Positions 1-12,444 are shown, numbered from the stretch's first letter. The stretch: 64,000 bases of DNA from an uncultured Planctomycetota bacterium (GCA_963845755.1 CAWJTV010000003.1:128001-192000), one strand, 5' to 3'. Notes: a model not told the origin generated them from the letters alone. Program-made: numbers and translations.

Positions 1-169
1 CCTCGACGAGCCGACCCTGAACCTGCTCGACCGCTCCGAGCATGTACCACGCGTGGGCAACCGCCGGGCTATGCTGGACGATCGTCCGATAGAGCCGTTC
101 GGCTCGAACCAGGTCGCCGGCCTGAAAGGCGTCCCACGCGGCCGAGAGCACATCATTGATCGTTTCCAT
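1..169 (-). CDS. N-terminus of a TPR-repeat protein, running off the window edge
   Basis: My translation from ATG 169: METINDVLSAAWDAFQAGDLVRAERLYRTIVQHSPAVAHAWYMLGAVEQVQGRLVE, a typical TPR helix pattern. Not in the supplied ORF track. Confidence 0.75.
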   Translation of the reverse strand, partial: METINDVLSAAWDAFQAGDLVRAERLYRTIVQHSPAVAHAWYMLGAVEQVQGRLVE

Positions 170-491
170 GAAGTCTTGGTCCCGAGTCATCGCACGGCGC
201 CGGATTCTCGACGCCATGTCGCGAGGTTGCTCGTCTCGACGACTGATCCTGCATCCGGAGTTCGACCTCGATTCCCTACCCGTGACTTTACGGATTTCCT
301 GGGCGGGAACCATGCGAAATCTGGTAAACTCAAGTCCAGAGTCCATACGGTTTCCAGGGTCGATGCTGGTCTGTGTGATTGCATAATCCAAATGTGCGGT
401 TCGGTCCGACAGGAGACCCTCGCCCGGTCGGATGGAATTCGCTGAGCGGACTCGTCGGTTACGAGCACGAGGGCCTAACGAAGTGGTGAAT

Positions 492-507
492 TGGCACATC
501 TGTTGCT
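492..507 (+). promoter_or_regulatory. Sigma-54 (-24/-12) promoter
   Basis: TGGCAC-ATCTG-TTGCT matches the TGGCAC-N5-TTGCW consensus, about 170 bp upstream of the ligase start. Confidence 0.7.
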
Positions 508-673
508 AGTCACTGGTAACGCGACTGATGGCCGTGCTCGTCAGAGGCGGCCCGATCAGGCTGTCCGGTGGCGTGCGAGGCCGCCGGACCAGAGAGGTGG
601 GCATGGTCCTTGAGGAAGTGGGGGCCGCTCAGTCACTTCGTCGAGAGCACCCGGGACGCGAAAAGAGACACGG

Positions 674-1946
674 ATGAGATGGGATCCCCGTTTCCACGGC
701 AATGGCTGGCCGACGCTCGGCGTGGAGGTCGAGCTGCAACTGGTTGAACGCCAGGTCGCTGGCGTTGCGGAGCGCCATCGCCGAGGTCCTTGCCGAGCTA
801 CCCCCCGAGTTGCACGATTCGGTCAAACCCGAGTTCATGCAGTGTTATGTGGAGATCAACACGGGTGTTTGCCGGACGGTCGACGAGGTCGAGGCCGATC
901 TGACCCGGAAGATCCGGGCGGTCGAGTGGGCGGCCGATCGGCGCGGGGTCCGGCTGTTCTGGGCGGCGACCCACCCGTTCTCGCGCTGGCGGGACCAGCA
1001 GATCACACCCGACGAGCGGTACTACAAGCTGGCCGATTGGCTCCAGGAGACCGTGGTGCGTCCCGTGACGTTCGGGCTGCACGTCCACGTGGGGGTCGAT
1101 TCGGGCGACAAGGCCATCCGGGTCGCACATCGGATTCAGCGGCACTTGCCGGTGCTGCTGGCCATGTCGGCGAATAGCCCGTTCTGGCATGGGAGGATTA
1201 CCGGCCATCACGCCCACCGCATCGAGGTCCTGGAGGGATTCCCGACGGGCGGACTGATGCCGGCGCTGGGGTCGTGGGCCGAGTACCTCGATCTCGTCGC
1301 CCAGATGACCGAAGCGGGGTTCATCGACTCGCACCGGGAGCTGTGGTGGGACGTGCGGCCCAACGCCGAGCACGGCACGATCGAAGTCCGCATCTGCGAC
1401 ATGCCGGCCGACCTGCCCGACGTCCTGGGGCTCACCGCGATGATCCAGTGCCTGGTCCGCTGGCTCTCCGACGAGGTCAACCGCGGGACGACCGTGCCGG
1501 AGCCCCACCCGCTGATGGTCCGCCAGAACCGATGGCGGGCCTGCCGATTCGGCCTGGGAGCGGAACTGGTCAACCCCAACACGATGGAGTCGCTCCCCGC
1601 GCACCGCATCGCCGAAGAGCTGATTCGTCGACTTCGAAGGCTGTCCGGATTCCTGGGCTGCCGACGGCACCTCGACCACGCCCTCGACATGACGGCGAGC
1701 CCGACCGGCTCGCAACGTCAGATCGCGCTCTATGAGGAGGTTGGCGATCTCGCCGAGGTGGTTCGCCGGCTGACCCTGCGGAGCCGGCTCTCGGCGGGCC
1801 ACGGTGAGTGGTCCCCCTCCGAGCCATTGGCCGGATTCAGCGGGAAAGTGGGAGGCTGGCTCGCCGCGCCCTGTTCGACCGCCGTTGCCCCCAAGCGTGC
1901 CGATGATTTGAATACCGGGATGCTCGAGCCGATCGGCCGCGAGTGA
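674..1946 (+). CDS. ybdK: YbdK-family carboxylate-amine ligase (GCS2 glutamate-cysteine ligase-like), frameshift near 745
   Basis: PTLGVEVELQLV in the 674 frame continues into the 702 frame, with EINTGVC, FGLHVHVG, SANSPFW, WWDVRP and GTIEVRICD motifs. Confidence 0.88.
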
Positions 1947-1952
1947 GCCGCT

Positions 1953-4088
1953 TCATGGCAAGATTCGCATGCCGACCGCGGTGTTCAGCGCGAGCGTGCT
2001 CCGCCGATGCTTGACCAGCGCCATGACGCATCCGCGATCGACGAATATAAATTTTTGCATGGCACTCAAGACTGCGTCGAGTCCGATCTCGCCAGCCTGG
2101 TAGCGGCGTAGCGCCGCGTCGCGATGCTGCGAGGCGGCCTGCATTTCTTTCTCCAGCGCGGCCGGTTCCACGAGAGTCGCGCGGCACTCCCGATAGCATC
2201 GCTCGACCCGCGACCTGATCTGTCTCTCTGCCGTGGCGAGCTGGAGTTGCGATTGCCGCACGTTGATCTTGGCCCGCTCAGTCCCACCCTGGTTTCGGTT
2301 GTAGATCGGCAGCGGGACGGTCACGCCCAGAGCCCAGGACGTCGCGCCCTTGACGCCATTCGGGCTGTTGTCCTGGAATGTATAGGGTTGGTAGAGGGTG
2401 TACACATCGGAACCGGCGAGCCGTTTTGTCTCCTCGTTCAAATCGGCTTGTGCCCGCTGCAGGCCGAGGCGCAACGCGACGAGGTCCGAACGTGACTCCA
2501 GGGCGAGCCGGATCAGATCGTCGAGGGGAGGAATCGACCGCACCGGGGGTAACTCCTCGACTTTGTAGAGGTACAGTACCTTTTCATCAGGAATCTCGAT
2601 GAGCAAGCCGAGGCGGTGCCAGATTCGATACAAGGTCTCTTGCGTCATGAGGAACTGTGTCTTGGACTCCTCGTAAGCCGATTTGGTGGAGGTGAGGTCT
2701 TCCCGCGATCCGGTTCCCTGACTCAACCGGGTTTCGGTCGCTCTGACGACCCGTCCCCAGGTCTTGCGGTTCTCTCGGGCTTGCTGGGCCTTTTCCTGGG
2801 CCGCCTGAAGGTCAACGAATACCGTGCAAAGGCTGTCGATCTGCTCGCAAATGCTGTCCTGCAACTGGGCCTCGGCGACCGTCCTGGCCGCCGTCTCCGA
2901 TCGCGGGCGGGTCCGCCGCTTGAAGGAGACGTCCGGGGGATAGCTGATGTTGGTGTCGAACTGAGGTCTGGCGCGGAAGTTAGCCGCGAGGACATCGGCA
3001 CGCGCCATCGGGATCTCCAGGCGACCCGGCGCGACAGAGAGGTTCTTCTTGATCAAGAGGTCGATCGCGGTTTCCAGGGTCATCACGCTGGCGGGATGCG
3101 CCTTCTCGGGAATTGCAAGGGCATCACGCTTGTCTCCGAGAAGTTTCAACTCGAGATCCTCGGCCTCTGGTGCCGATGGCCGACCCTCGGAGATGCGAGC
3201 CGCGCCGATCTTGTCGTCAGGGTCCTTGGCGGCCAATGCGATGCCTCCGGCCGCGGCGAGCCCAAGCGTTGCGACCACCACCGCGCCGACCATCCATCGG
3301 GTCACGAGCATCATCGTCAGGACTCCTTCCATCAGCTCGGCGACGGCCGCCGAGATGCCCAGCGAGCTCACCCCACCCGGAGTGAGCGTCCTCGCGGAAC
3401 GGATCGTCGCGGAGATCAAGGCGGGCGGCACCCCGATCGCGTGGAGCTGCGACTCCGATGCCTCTCGAGGTCTCGCCGGCGCGACTCCGGTCTTGCGGGA
3501 TAGCCGTATTCGAAGGAGGCCGCGTGCTTTGGCCAGCCGTCCCCGAATCGTGCCTTCCGACACCCGCAGCAGCCGGGCCGCCGACCGGTAAGTCATCTCC
3601 TCGAGGTAGCAGAGGACCACCGGGCGCCGCAGGGACTCCGGCAGGCCATCGATCTCCTCGCGGAGGGCCGACGTGATGTCGTGCCGATCCTCGCAATCGC
3701 CGTCCAACCGACCGGCAAACTGCTGCTCGTGCCGTCGCCTTCGCGCTGCGGCGACGCGCGCCTTCCGCGCGACGCGCAGGGCGACCCCGTACAACCAGGA
3801 GCCCAGCGCTTCCGGATGTCCGATCGATCCCGAACCCGCGCGATGGGCCAGGATCAGGAAGGTCGCCTGGAAGGCGTCCTCGGCGTCGTTCGGGTCGGCC
3901 AGGACGCGGCGGCAGGCCCTCAGGACCGAAGGCCCATGGCGCATGACCAGGGCCTCGAATGCCTCTTCGCGGTCATCGCGCCGCGCGAAGAGGTCCAGCA
4001 GTTCGGCGTCCGTCTTGTGGCCGATCGCCCCGCGGGTGAAGAGTGTCCCGAGCTGCCGAAGTCCCCTGCCCGATTGAACGCCCACCAT
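1953..4088 (-). CDS. ECF sigma-70 factor fused via a TM segment to a TolC/outer-membrane efflux-like domain
   Basis: N-terminal TDAELLDLF..AFEALVMRHGP..DAEDAFQATF and a region-4 HTH, then a hydrophobic helix, then a C-terminal OEP-like region (WALGVTVPLPIYNRNQG, YQAGEIGLDAVL). Confidence 0.8.
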   Translation of the reverse strand: MVGVQSGRGLRQLGTLFTRGAIGHKTDAELLDLFARRDDREEAFEALVMRHGPSVLRACRRVLADPNDAEDAFQATFLILAHRAGSGSIGHPEALGSWLYGVALRVARKARVAAARRRRHEQQFAGRLDGDCEDRHDITSALREEIDGLPESLRRPVVLCYLEEMTYRSAARLLRVSEGTIRGRLAKARGLLRIRLSRKTGVAPARPREASESQLHAIGVPPALISATIRSARTLTPGGVSSLGISAAVAELMEGVLTMMLVTRWMVGAVVVATLGLAAAGGIALAAKDPDDKIGAARISEGRPSAPEAEDLELKLLGDKRDALAIPEKAHPASVMTLETAIDLLIKKNLSVAPGRLEIPMARADVLAANFRARPQFDTNISYPPDVSFKRRTRPRSETAARTVAEAQLQDSICEQIDSLCTVFVDLQAAQEKAQQARENRKTWGRVVRATETRLSQGTGSREDLTSTKSAYEESKTQFLMTQETLYRIWHRLGLLIEIPDEKVLYLYKVEELPPVRSIPPLDDLIRLALESRSDLVALRLGLQRAQADLNEETKRLAGSDVYTLYQPYTFQDNSPNGVKGATSWALGVTVPLPIYNRNQGGTERAKINVRQSQLQLATAERQIRSRVERCYRECRATLVEPAALEKEMQAASQHRDAALRRYQAGEIGLDAVLSAMQKFIFVDRGCVMALVKHRRSTLALNTAVGMRILP

Positions 4089-4191
4089 GGCTTTCGCTCC
4101 CCCGCGTCGACGTCCGTTCCTCCTCTACTGCCCGGCCGAGGGTGGATCCTCATGATTATCTCCGGAGATTCCGGAATCTGCTGGAGGCAAC

Positions 4192-4219
4192 AAAAAACCC
4201 CGGCTCGAATTCCGGGGTT
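4192..4219 (-). terminator. Rho-independent terminator after the ferredoxin gene
   Basis: Stem AACCCCGG/CCGGGGTT followed by a T run on the minus strand. Confidence 0.7.
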
Positions 4220-4285
4220 GCGTTCCGAGTTGACCTCCGCCCTAGTCGGGATGGCTCGGCTGGCCGTTGCCGGGCTCCGCGGCCC

Positions 4286-4591
4286 TCACTTCTTCTTCCG
4301 GGTCTTGTCGCACGATTCGGCTTCCAGGGCGTCCTTCTTCTCGTTGATCACCGGGCAGAGGGGCGACTGCTCGGCGTTGAGCGCCGTGAAGTCCTTCCAT
4401 TCGTCGGGCAAGTTGTCTTCGTGGAAGATCGCCTCGACGGGACACTCGGGGACGCACGCCTCGCAGTCGATGCACTCGTCGGGGTGGATGTAGAGCATCT
4501 GAGCCCCTTCGTAGAAACAGTCGACCGGGCATACGACCACGCAATCAGTGTACTTGCAGTCGAAGCAGGGCTCGGCGACGATGTGAGCCAT
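4286..4591 (-). CDS. fdxA: 7Fe/8Fe ferredoxin (FdxA type)
   Basis: [50 protein letters not shown]. Confidence 0.92.
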   Translation of the reverse strand: MAHIVAEPCFDCKYTDCVVVCPVDCFYEGAQMLYIHPDECIDCEACVPECPVEAIFHEDNLPDEWKDFTALNAEQSPLCPVINEKKDALEAESCDKTRKKK

Positions 4592-4760
4592 TCGCGACTC
4601 CTTAAGTCTGGCCGGTATGGGACAACAGGACAAGAACCCCAATCCTGCGGTCGGGAGACCGCGGCACTCCGAAGGTATCTCGCCGGAGATCTAGCCATCT
4701 TAGAGGCCGCCCACGGGGCGGTCAAGGTCCCGCCCCGGCGACCCATTTCGACCCGAAAGG

Positions 4761-5399
4761 CTACGAACTCTTGGCCTTCCGCCGAGCGCTCTTGATGATG
4801 ATCGTCTTGACGGGAACGTCCTTCATTCTCCGGCCATTGGCATCCGGACGTACGCCGGTTTCCACGTTCGCGATGTTGTTGACCACATCCATCCCGCCGA
4901 TCACCTTGCCGAAGACCGCATAGCCCCCCCTGAAGTCGTCGAGCTTGCGGTTGTCGCCATGATTGATGAAGAACTGGCAGGTCGCGGAGTTCGGATCATC
5001 CGTGCGTGCCATGGCGATCGTGCCTGGGGCGTTGCTCAGGCCGTTACTCGACTCGTTCACGATCGGCGCACGCTTGCCCTCTTCCTTCTCGCTCAACTTC
5101 GCGTCGAGCCCGCCGCCCTGGATCATGAACCCGCGGATCACGCGATGGAACGTCAAGTTGTCGTAAAACTTTTCGTTGACATACTTCAGGAAGTTCTCGA
5201 CGGTCTTCGGCGCTTTCTCCGGGTCGAGTTGGATCGTGATCTCGCCCATGCTGGTGTCGAGGACCACCACGGGATGCTTGTCGTCGGCCTGGGCGGCCGC
5301 CGAGCCGGCAGCCAGGTTCAAGCCCACCGAGAAGCCGAGGACCCAGATGATGACAATCGCGCTGTTTCTCAAGATTCGTCCCACTGTCATGGCTGACAA
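4761..5399 (-). CDS. Cyclophilin-type peptidyl-prolyl isomerase with signal peptide
   Basis: APKTVENFLKYV, FHRVIRGFMIQGGG, GTIAMART and SATCQFFIN motifs. Confidence 0.93.
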   Translation of the reverse strand: MSAMTVGRILRNSAIVIIWVLGFSVGLNLAAGSAAAQADDKHPVVVLDTSMGEITIQLDPEKAPKTVENFLKYVNEKFYDNLTFHRVIRGFMIQGGGLDAKLSEKEEGKRAPIVNESSNGLSNAPGTIAMARTDDPNSATCQFFINHGDNRKLDDFRGGYAVFGKVIGGMDVVNNIANVETGVRPDANGRRMKDVPVKTIIIKSARRKAKSS

Positions 5400-5635
5400 T
5401 CGCTCCCCAAAGAGACACTCTGCATCCGTCGTTGATCCCGCTTTTCAACCGTCCGGATCAGGGCGACTCTAACAAACTCAGCGTGGGGCTGTCGAGCAGT
5501 ACGCAGTAGGCCGTGAAGATCTCGGATATCGGAATTCCGGACTGGGTTCGGGTCCCCTGAGTCCCACGGTAAAGTCTCTGGTAGCCGCATTCATGGACTG
5601 CCGACTGCCTACTATCGACTCCCTACTGCTCCGGG

Positions 5636-8600
5636 CTAATTCGCGCGGACACCTCCGCCGAGACTCTGGACGAGGTGTTCCGCCTCGTGGGCCATGGTGG
5701 GGCTGAGGCGTTCGCGCGCAGCAGGGCCTTGTTCAGGTGCACTTTCGCCTTGGTGGCGCGGCTGGAGTCGGCTGCGAGCAGCCTTCCGAAGTGGAAATTG
5801 AGGGTCGGGTTTTCCGGGGACTTCTTCAGGCCATCGAGGTAGGACTGTTCGGCGTCGAGGGTCTGTCCGATCGATTCCTGGATGGTACCGAGGGTATCGA
5901 AGAACTCGCCGGGTAGGTCGGTCGGGGCGACGTGTTTTTGCAGGTTGGTGGCGAGCTCGAGGGCTTCCTGGCTCCGTTCGAGGTAGGTGTGGAGGATCCA
6001 CGCCTTGTTGTTGGCGGCCTCGATCGAGCCGGGCTGGACCTTGAGCACGCGGTCGTATTCCTGGACGGCACTCTTGAAGGTATCGCGGGCGACGGTGCGG
6101 TCGGAATGGCTCTCGGCGATGGCGAGCAGGAGGTCGCCGAGGTTGAGATGGGCGGCGGGGGTATCGAGCTTGTCCGCGGCCTGCCGGGCCAGGGGGAGGG
6201 CCAGTTCGAGCTGGCCGGCCCTGTGGAAACCGATGGCCAGTGCGAGGATCATGCGGCCCTTGTCATCGCGGCGACTGACGTCGTCGGCGATGCGGCGGGC
6301 CTCGGCCAGGTCGGCCGCAACGGGGGCCTGATCCCCGGGCCGCCGCTCCGCCAGCAGTTGGACGAGCTGGCCGGCCGCGACTCCGTCAGCCGGGTTGGCC
6401 TGAAGGTCGGCCTTCAGCACGGCGATCGCGGCGGCGCGATCCCCCTTCGAACCGTCGGTCGCCGTCGCGCCCCGTTTCGGCTTCAGGTAGATCTCGGCCA
6501 GCGTTTGGTAGGCCTCGGCGAACGTGGGATTGTCCTTGATGACCTGCTCGAGCCGGGCGATGGCTTCCCTCGCCGGGACTCGTTCTCGCTGGAGGTCGCG
6601 CCGGACTCGGTCATGGCGCGGGCCCAGAGCAACAGGGCATCGGGCCGGTTCTTCTCGTTGTCCAACACGAGGGTGGCCTGGCGGAGCGCCTCCTCGGGCT
6701 GGTCGTTCTTGAGCTGGGTCTGCCCGAGCAGGATCCGGAGTTCGAGCTGGCGGCGGGGCTCGCGCTCGCGATCGAGGGCCTCGGTATAAGCCTCGGCGAC
6801 CTCGCGAAGCATATTCCGCGCGTTGAAGAGCCGGGCTCGGAAGAGCGGTCCCAGGGTCGAAGTGTTGGCCAGCTCATCGATCTCGTGGGTGAGGGCCATG
6901 GCCCGGGTGAAGTCGCCGTCCCGCGCCGCCATGTCGCATTCGGCCTGGAGGAAGGCCAGCGCCTTGGGATAACGGCTGCGGAATTCGCGGATCATGGCCA
7001 CCGCCCGATCATTGAGCTGCCTCTGGCGGTCGGATTGGTTCCGAGCGCCGGCCTCGGCGGCCTTCAGCGACACGATCTGGACCAGCGCCGCCGCCAGGTT
7101 CGACTCGTCCGGGAACTCCTGATGGAGCTCGGTGAGGAGCTGTTCGGCCCGGTCGTACTGCCTTTGTTCGCGGCACTTCTCGACCAGAAGGCGGCGGAAT
7201 GGCCCCTTGGGATCCGCCTTGGCCTTGTCCTCGACGAACTCCAGCGCGCCCTTCGGATCGCCGGCGGCGCCCAGGGCGAGATACTTGGCCTGGACCAGCT
7301 CGTAGGCCGTCGGCTGCGCTTCCAGGCCGGTATCGAGGACTTTCAGCGCGCGCTTCAAGGCATCGGTGGCCGGCGGGGTCTCGTTCTCGACGGCAGCCAA
7401 CATCAGGTAGAAGACCGCCGGTGGCTTCTCCTTGGGATTCTGGAGCGTCACCTCGATCGCCTTGCGGAGGATGGCCGCGGCCTGGGCGTGCTCCTTGGCG
7501 CGCAGGAGGATCAAGGATCGCGTGACAACGGCGGACGGGTTGGCCGGCTGGACGCGAAGGACATAGTCGATCTGGGCCAGGGCGGCATCGAGCTCCCCCT
7601 GCTGGCGGTAGTAATTGGCGCCTCTGACGCGCTCCTCAGCGGTGGGCGGCTGCTTGGGATCATTGAGGATCGCGGCGATCTCGCGCTTGGCCAGCGTCCA
7701 TTGCCCCTTGTTGACATAAGCCGAGATCAGCATCCAGCGGTCGCGTCGGCAGAGCGTGCCGGTCTGGCTGCTCTTCTTGAGCTCTTCGAATCGGCGAATG
7801 GCCGCGTCGAAGTCGCGGGATTGGAACGAGAGGTTCGCCAGGGCCGACTGGGCCGCGGACAGGAGCGTGATGCCCGTGTCGACCTCCTTGACCGGCTTGT
7901 CGCGGACGATCTCCTCGAGGGCCTGGGTGGCCTCGGCGACGGAGCCGTTGCGACCGACGAGCTGGGCTTTCTGGAGCTGGACAATCTTGTTCTCGGGGTC
8001 TTTCTTCAGGGCTTCGTTGAAGTGTTCGAGGGCCTCGCCGGCCTTGCCCCGCTTGATCGCGATCTGGGCGTCGATGATGTCGGAGACCGCGGCCTCCTTC
8101 CATCGCGTCCGGATCTGGGCGACGACCGTCGCGGCTTCGTCGAGCCGGTCTTGATCCAGTTCGAGGCTCGCGAGCTGGACCAGCGGTTCGGAGCTGTCGG
8201 ACCGATCCGCGATCCCGCGAAGCAGCTCGCGGGCCTTGTCCAGGTTCTTGAGTTCTTCGGACTGGATCTGGGCACGCAGGATCACGAGCTTGACGCGGTC
8301 GGGCTGGTCGCGGAGGAACGCTTCGAGGACTTGATCGGCTTCCTGGGGCTTCTTGTCCTTGACCTTCAGGGAGGCCTCCAGACCAGCAAGTTCGGCGCTT
8401 CGCGGATACTTCGAACGCGCCGTGCGGAGAAGCTCCTTGGCCTCGGGCTTCTTCCCGGTCTCCTGGAGGATCAGGATGGCCAGTTGCTCGGCGGCTTCTC
8501 CCCCTTTGCCCTGGGCGCGCAACGGCTGGAGCCGCGCCATGGCCTGATCGTATCGGCCCAACTGGACGTCGATCTGGGCCAGCCGGATGATGGCCGAGGG

Positions 8601-10329
8601 CGTCGTGGCCTGTCCTGCGGCCACGGCCTTGTCGAACTCCTCGACGGCTTTCTTCAGGTCTTCCGGACTCCGCCGTGCCTGATAGAGCTCGCCCTGGAGA
8701 AGGTGGAGCGTCCCCTCCATCTCGCGCGGGAGGTTGCCCTGGTCAACCTGCTGGAGCAGCGAGCGAACGATGGGCTCGGCCTCCTCGGGATAGCCGGCCT
8801 GGAGGATCGTCCAGGCGGCCCACAACTGGTACTGCGGTTCGAGGCTGCCCAGGCGCACGGCGTTCTGGAGGTACTGGCGGCCGAGGTTCGGCTCCTGGGC
8901 CAGGACCAGCGCCACGCCATAACGCGCCTGGGCCTCGGCGAGGTTGGGTAGTGCGGTCGCTGCGGCCTTGAGGTGGACCAGGGCACTGGCACGGAACTTC
9001 GACAGTGCGGACGGCTCCGTCGGAGCGGCTGCACCGGACTCCGCCGCCTCACGGGCCATGCCCGAGCGGTCGAGATCGATCGAGCCGGCGAACAGGTGAC
9101 CGAGCGCCTTGGAACGGCGGCTCCTGACCATTCAGGAGCGCCTGAATGTGCGGTTCGGCCTTGGTGAATCGCTCGGCGTCCTCGACACGAGCCAGGATCA
9201 TTTCTGTGGCCACCGTGTGCAGTCCCAGCACCAATTGAGGGCCGGTTCGACGCGGCCCCTGGGCCTGGGCGGTCTTCAACGCCCGGTCGATGACCTCCAG
9301 GCAGCGATCTGCCTGCCGGCGGAACCGAAGGTGCTCGGCATAGGACAGGTAGGTCTGAAGGTCGGGCTGCCGGCCCTCGGCGAGGGCCTGCTGGAATACC
9401 GAGTCCAGATCGACCTCGATCGCAGCAACCAGTTTCTCGACCGCCTTCTGACCGTCGGGCGGGAGCTTCGCCGACTGGGCCGTGAGTGCCTTCTGGGTTT
9501 GCTCCAGCAGGATCTGAAGCCGGGCCACCCGTGTCGGCGGCATCTCCTCGGGCTTGCCCAGCCCCTTGACCTGCTCCAGGAGCCGGGCCACCTGGCCGGA
9601 GAGCTGCGGCCATCGGCGTTCACTCCGGATCTCGAGCGCCGTGAGCCGGAGCTGGGCAAACCGGTCAACCGGATCCGGATCGGCGGCCAACGTCGTCGCA
9701 CCCGCCTCGGCGAAGGTCGCGCTGCGCGCCGCATCGTCCCCGGTCAGGTCGGCCAGCCTGGCGCGGATCCACAACCGACTCACGGGCGAAGCCTTGACCT
9801 TGTTCAGGACGTCGAGATGCCGTTTGATCTCCGGGACATTGGGAGTGTGCTCCTCGAGGGCCTCCGCGGCCAGGATGTAGTGCGCCTCGGCGTCCTCCGG
9901 CTCGACGGTCAAGAGTTCCTTGGCCCAATAGACCGAGTCCAGCGGCAGGTCCTGAGCCATCGCGTCCTGGAGGAGTGCCTTACGAGGCCCCTTCAGGGCC
10001 TTGCCGAACTTGACCGCATTGACCAGGTTCCCAAGCCATTCGCCACGCAGCACGGCGTGCTTCTCGGCGGGAGCATTCTGGGCCCATTCGCGGTAGAGGC
10101 CAGCGAACTCCTCATAGATCTGGCGCTCCGGCCATCGATCTGGAGTGCTTGCTTGTAATGAATCTCGGCATCCTCGAAGCGGCCGGCATCGCGGGCGGCC
10201 CGCGCGAGCTTCAAGGTACCCTGAGAGGAGCCGCGGGGCCAGCGTCATGATGATGGCGAAGACACCCACCAGGGCCACGACCACGAACAGCCCCGAAAGG
10301 ATCAGCAAAGGTTTCCAGCGAACGGTCAT
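5636..10329 (-). CDS. Very large membrane-anchored TPR protein, split by several frameshifts
   Basis: N-terminal TM (MTVRWKPLLILSGLFVVVALVG). TPR-like helices continue across ORFs 9049-10425, 6483-9131 and 5623-6420. Confidence 0.75.
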
Positions 10330-10704
10330 CGGGCGTTCCTCCTTTGGCTCGAGACGCCGTACCGCGCGACGTGGCAGCCCAACCGCGGCAGTGACCTTCC
10401 GGGGCACGGCGCGGACCATCGGCATGCGGTGTTGGAAATCCAGGGGGAATGAGCATCACGGCGCCTGGCGGCGCCATGAGACAATGGGGTGCGCGGCGCA
10501 GTCCATCTTGCAAGGATCGGCGAGTCGCCGTCCCGGACCGGTTCGCGGGGGCCTGATTCAAGAGGGGCGATCCCATCTGCCCTGATACCTCAACGAGGTC
10601 GCAATCCATTGCCGTTTGATCCCGGCATCGGGCAGGCGACAGAATAGAGATTCTCCGCCCCGGCATCAAGCGGAGTTTTCCACCTTTCGCCTCTACGCCT
10701 CTAC

Positions 10705-12444
10705 GGGTGGAAGACGCGGTTCGCGCGGCGTTCGATCCCTGGTAAGCTGTCAAGGTGAGTTTCCCAGATTGTCTATCACCCGAAGTCCAAGGAGGGACCT
10801 CCGATGCCTTTCCAGAAGTCACCATCGATGGATCGAGACGGCGTCGAGCGGCTCGCCGAAGGGTGGGGGAAAGTCGTGGCCCGGCGCGTCCACGATGAGG
10901 TCGGGCCCGAGTTGGATCTCGACGCCGACGACATCGAGCAGATGGCCATCACCGCCGCCCGCGCCGTCGCTCGGGGCACCATCGCCGATCTGCTGGAGCG
11001 GAAGGCCGCGCTGCTGGGGCCCGAGCAACCCTGCCCGACGTGTCAGCGGCCTTGCGCCGTACAGCGCGAGCCGCGGGCCATCGACTTCTGGGGCGGCGCG
11101 GTCACCTACGCCGAGCCCCAGTGCCACTGCCCGGCCTGCCGCCGGGATTTTTTTCCCTCAGCGCCCGGCGCTACGGCTGACGTCCCATGACTACAGCCCC
11201 TCGGTAGTCCGCAAGATCGTCCGTTCCGCCACCCGCGAGCCCTCCTTCCGCGAGGCAGCCGAGGCCGTCGCCGAATTGGCCGAGGTGGACATCAGCGGCC
11301 GGCAACTCGACCGCATCGCCCGCGAACTCGGCGAGCAGTTGCGGTCCCAGCGGGATGAGCAGGTGGACCGCTTCCAGGCCGGCACGCTCGAGCCGCGCGT
11401 CGCGACACGGCCAGCCCTGGCGGTCGTCGAGGTCGATGGCGGCCGGCTCCAGATCCGCGGCGCGGGCCAGGGGCCGGGAGCCCACCAGGCCGCCTGGCAC
11501 GAGGACAAGATCGCGATCCTGGCGACGATGGCCCCTGTCGTCTCCGAGTGCGACCCCGAGCCGGAATTGCCCGCCTGTTTCCGCGATCGGGCCTACGTCG
11601 AGAAGGTCATCGGGGCCATCGGCGGGACCGGACCGATGGGCCCGCCGGCCCCCGAGATCCAGGAGCCCGCCGTGCTGCCGATCCCGGCCGTCGCCGAGGC
11701 CGCCGAGCCGCGCGGTACGCCGGAGCTATCGGTGCGCACCTACGTGGCCACGACCGCCCCGGTCGATCGCTTCGGGCCGATGGTCGCCGCCGAGGCCCGA
11801 CGGCGGAACTTCGCCGCGGCCGCCGCCCGGGCGTTCTTGGGGGACGGCTCGGCCTGGATCTGGGGGCTGCACCGCCGCTCTTTCCCGACCTTCGTGGCGA
11901 TCGTCGACTTCCTCCACGCCCTGGCCCACCTCTTCACGGCGGCCCGGGTCATGGTCGCCGACACCGAGGGCCGCTGGGAGTCATTCCAGGCCTGGGCGGA
12001 GGCCTGCTGGAACGGGCGGGTCGATCGGGTGATCGCGGAGCTTCGCACCTGGTGTGATACCCAGATCGCCTTGTGCGGGTGCCCGCTGGAAAGGCTAGCC
12101 GACGACGACCCCCGGAGGATCGTCGCGCGGGTGCTGGGCTACCTGGAAGACAACCGGGAGCGGATGGACTATCCGCGCTATCGTCGCGAGGGCCTCCCGT
12201 GGACGACCAGCCACGTGGAGTCGACGGTGAAGATATTCAACCGCCGGGTGAAGGGGTCGGAGAAGTTCTGGAGCGAGGCCGGTGCCGAAGCGATCCTCCA
12301 ACTCCGTGCGGCCTTCCTTTCCGAAGATGGCCGCCTGGACCGCCACCTCAAGGAGCGGCCCAGCAGCCCGTTCCGCAGCTACAAAGCCAGGAAGACTGGG
12401 GAAGCCGCGTAACTCGTCAGAAAAACGAACCGCGTCTTCCACCC
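10705..12444 (+). mobile_element. ISKra4-like insertion sequence (1740 bp)
   Basis: Perfect 19-bp TIR GGGTGGAAGACGCGGTTCG (10705-10723 / 12426-12444) and 8-bp TSD GCCTCTAC (10697-10704 / 12445-12452). Confidence 0.9.
10804..12412 (+). CDS. ISKra4-like DDE transposase, two ORFs joined by a probable -1 frameshift
   Basis: ORF1 has CPTC..CPAC and ends RRDFFPS. The T7-CCC run at 11148-11157 links it to ORF2 (FFPQRP..VEVDGG..FLGDGSAWIW..DFLHA..MDYPRYR..SHVES). Confidence 0.8.

Noticed and set aside
6885..8951. Long + strand ORF (688 aa) and similar shadow ORFs, e.g. 18953-20491, 33227-34276 and 38114-39571
   Set aside because: They lie antisense to well-supported genes in high-GC DNA and have no recognisable motifs.
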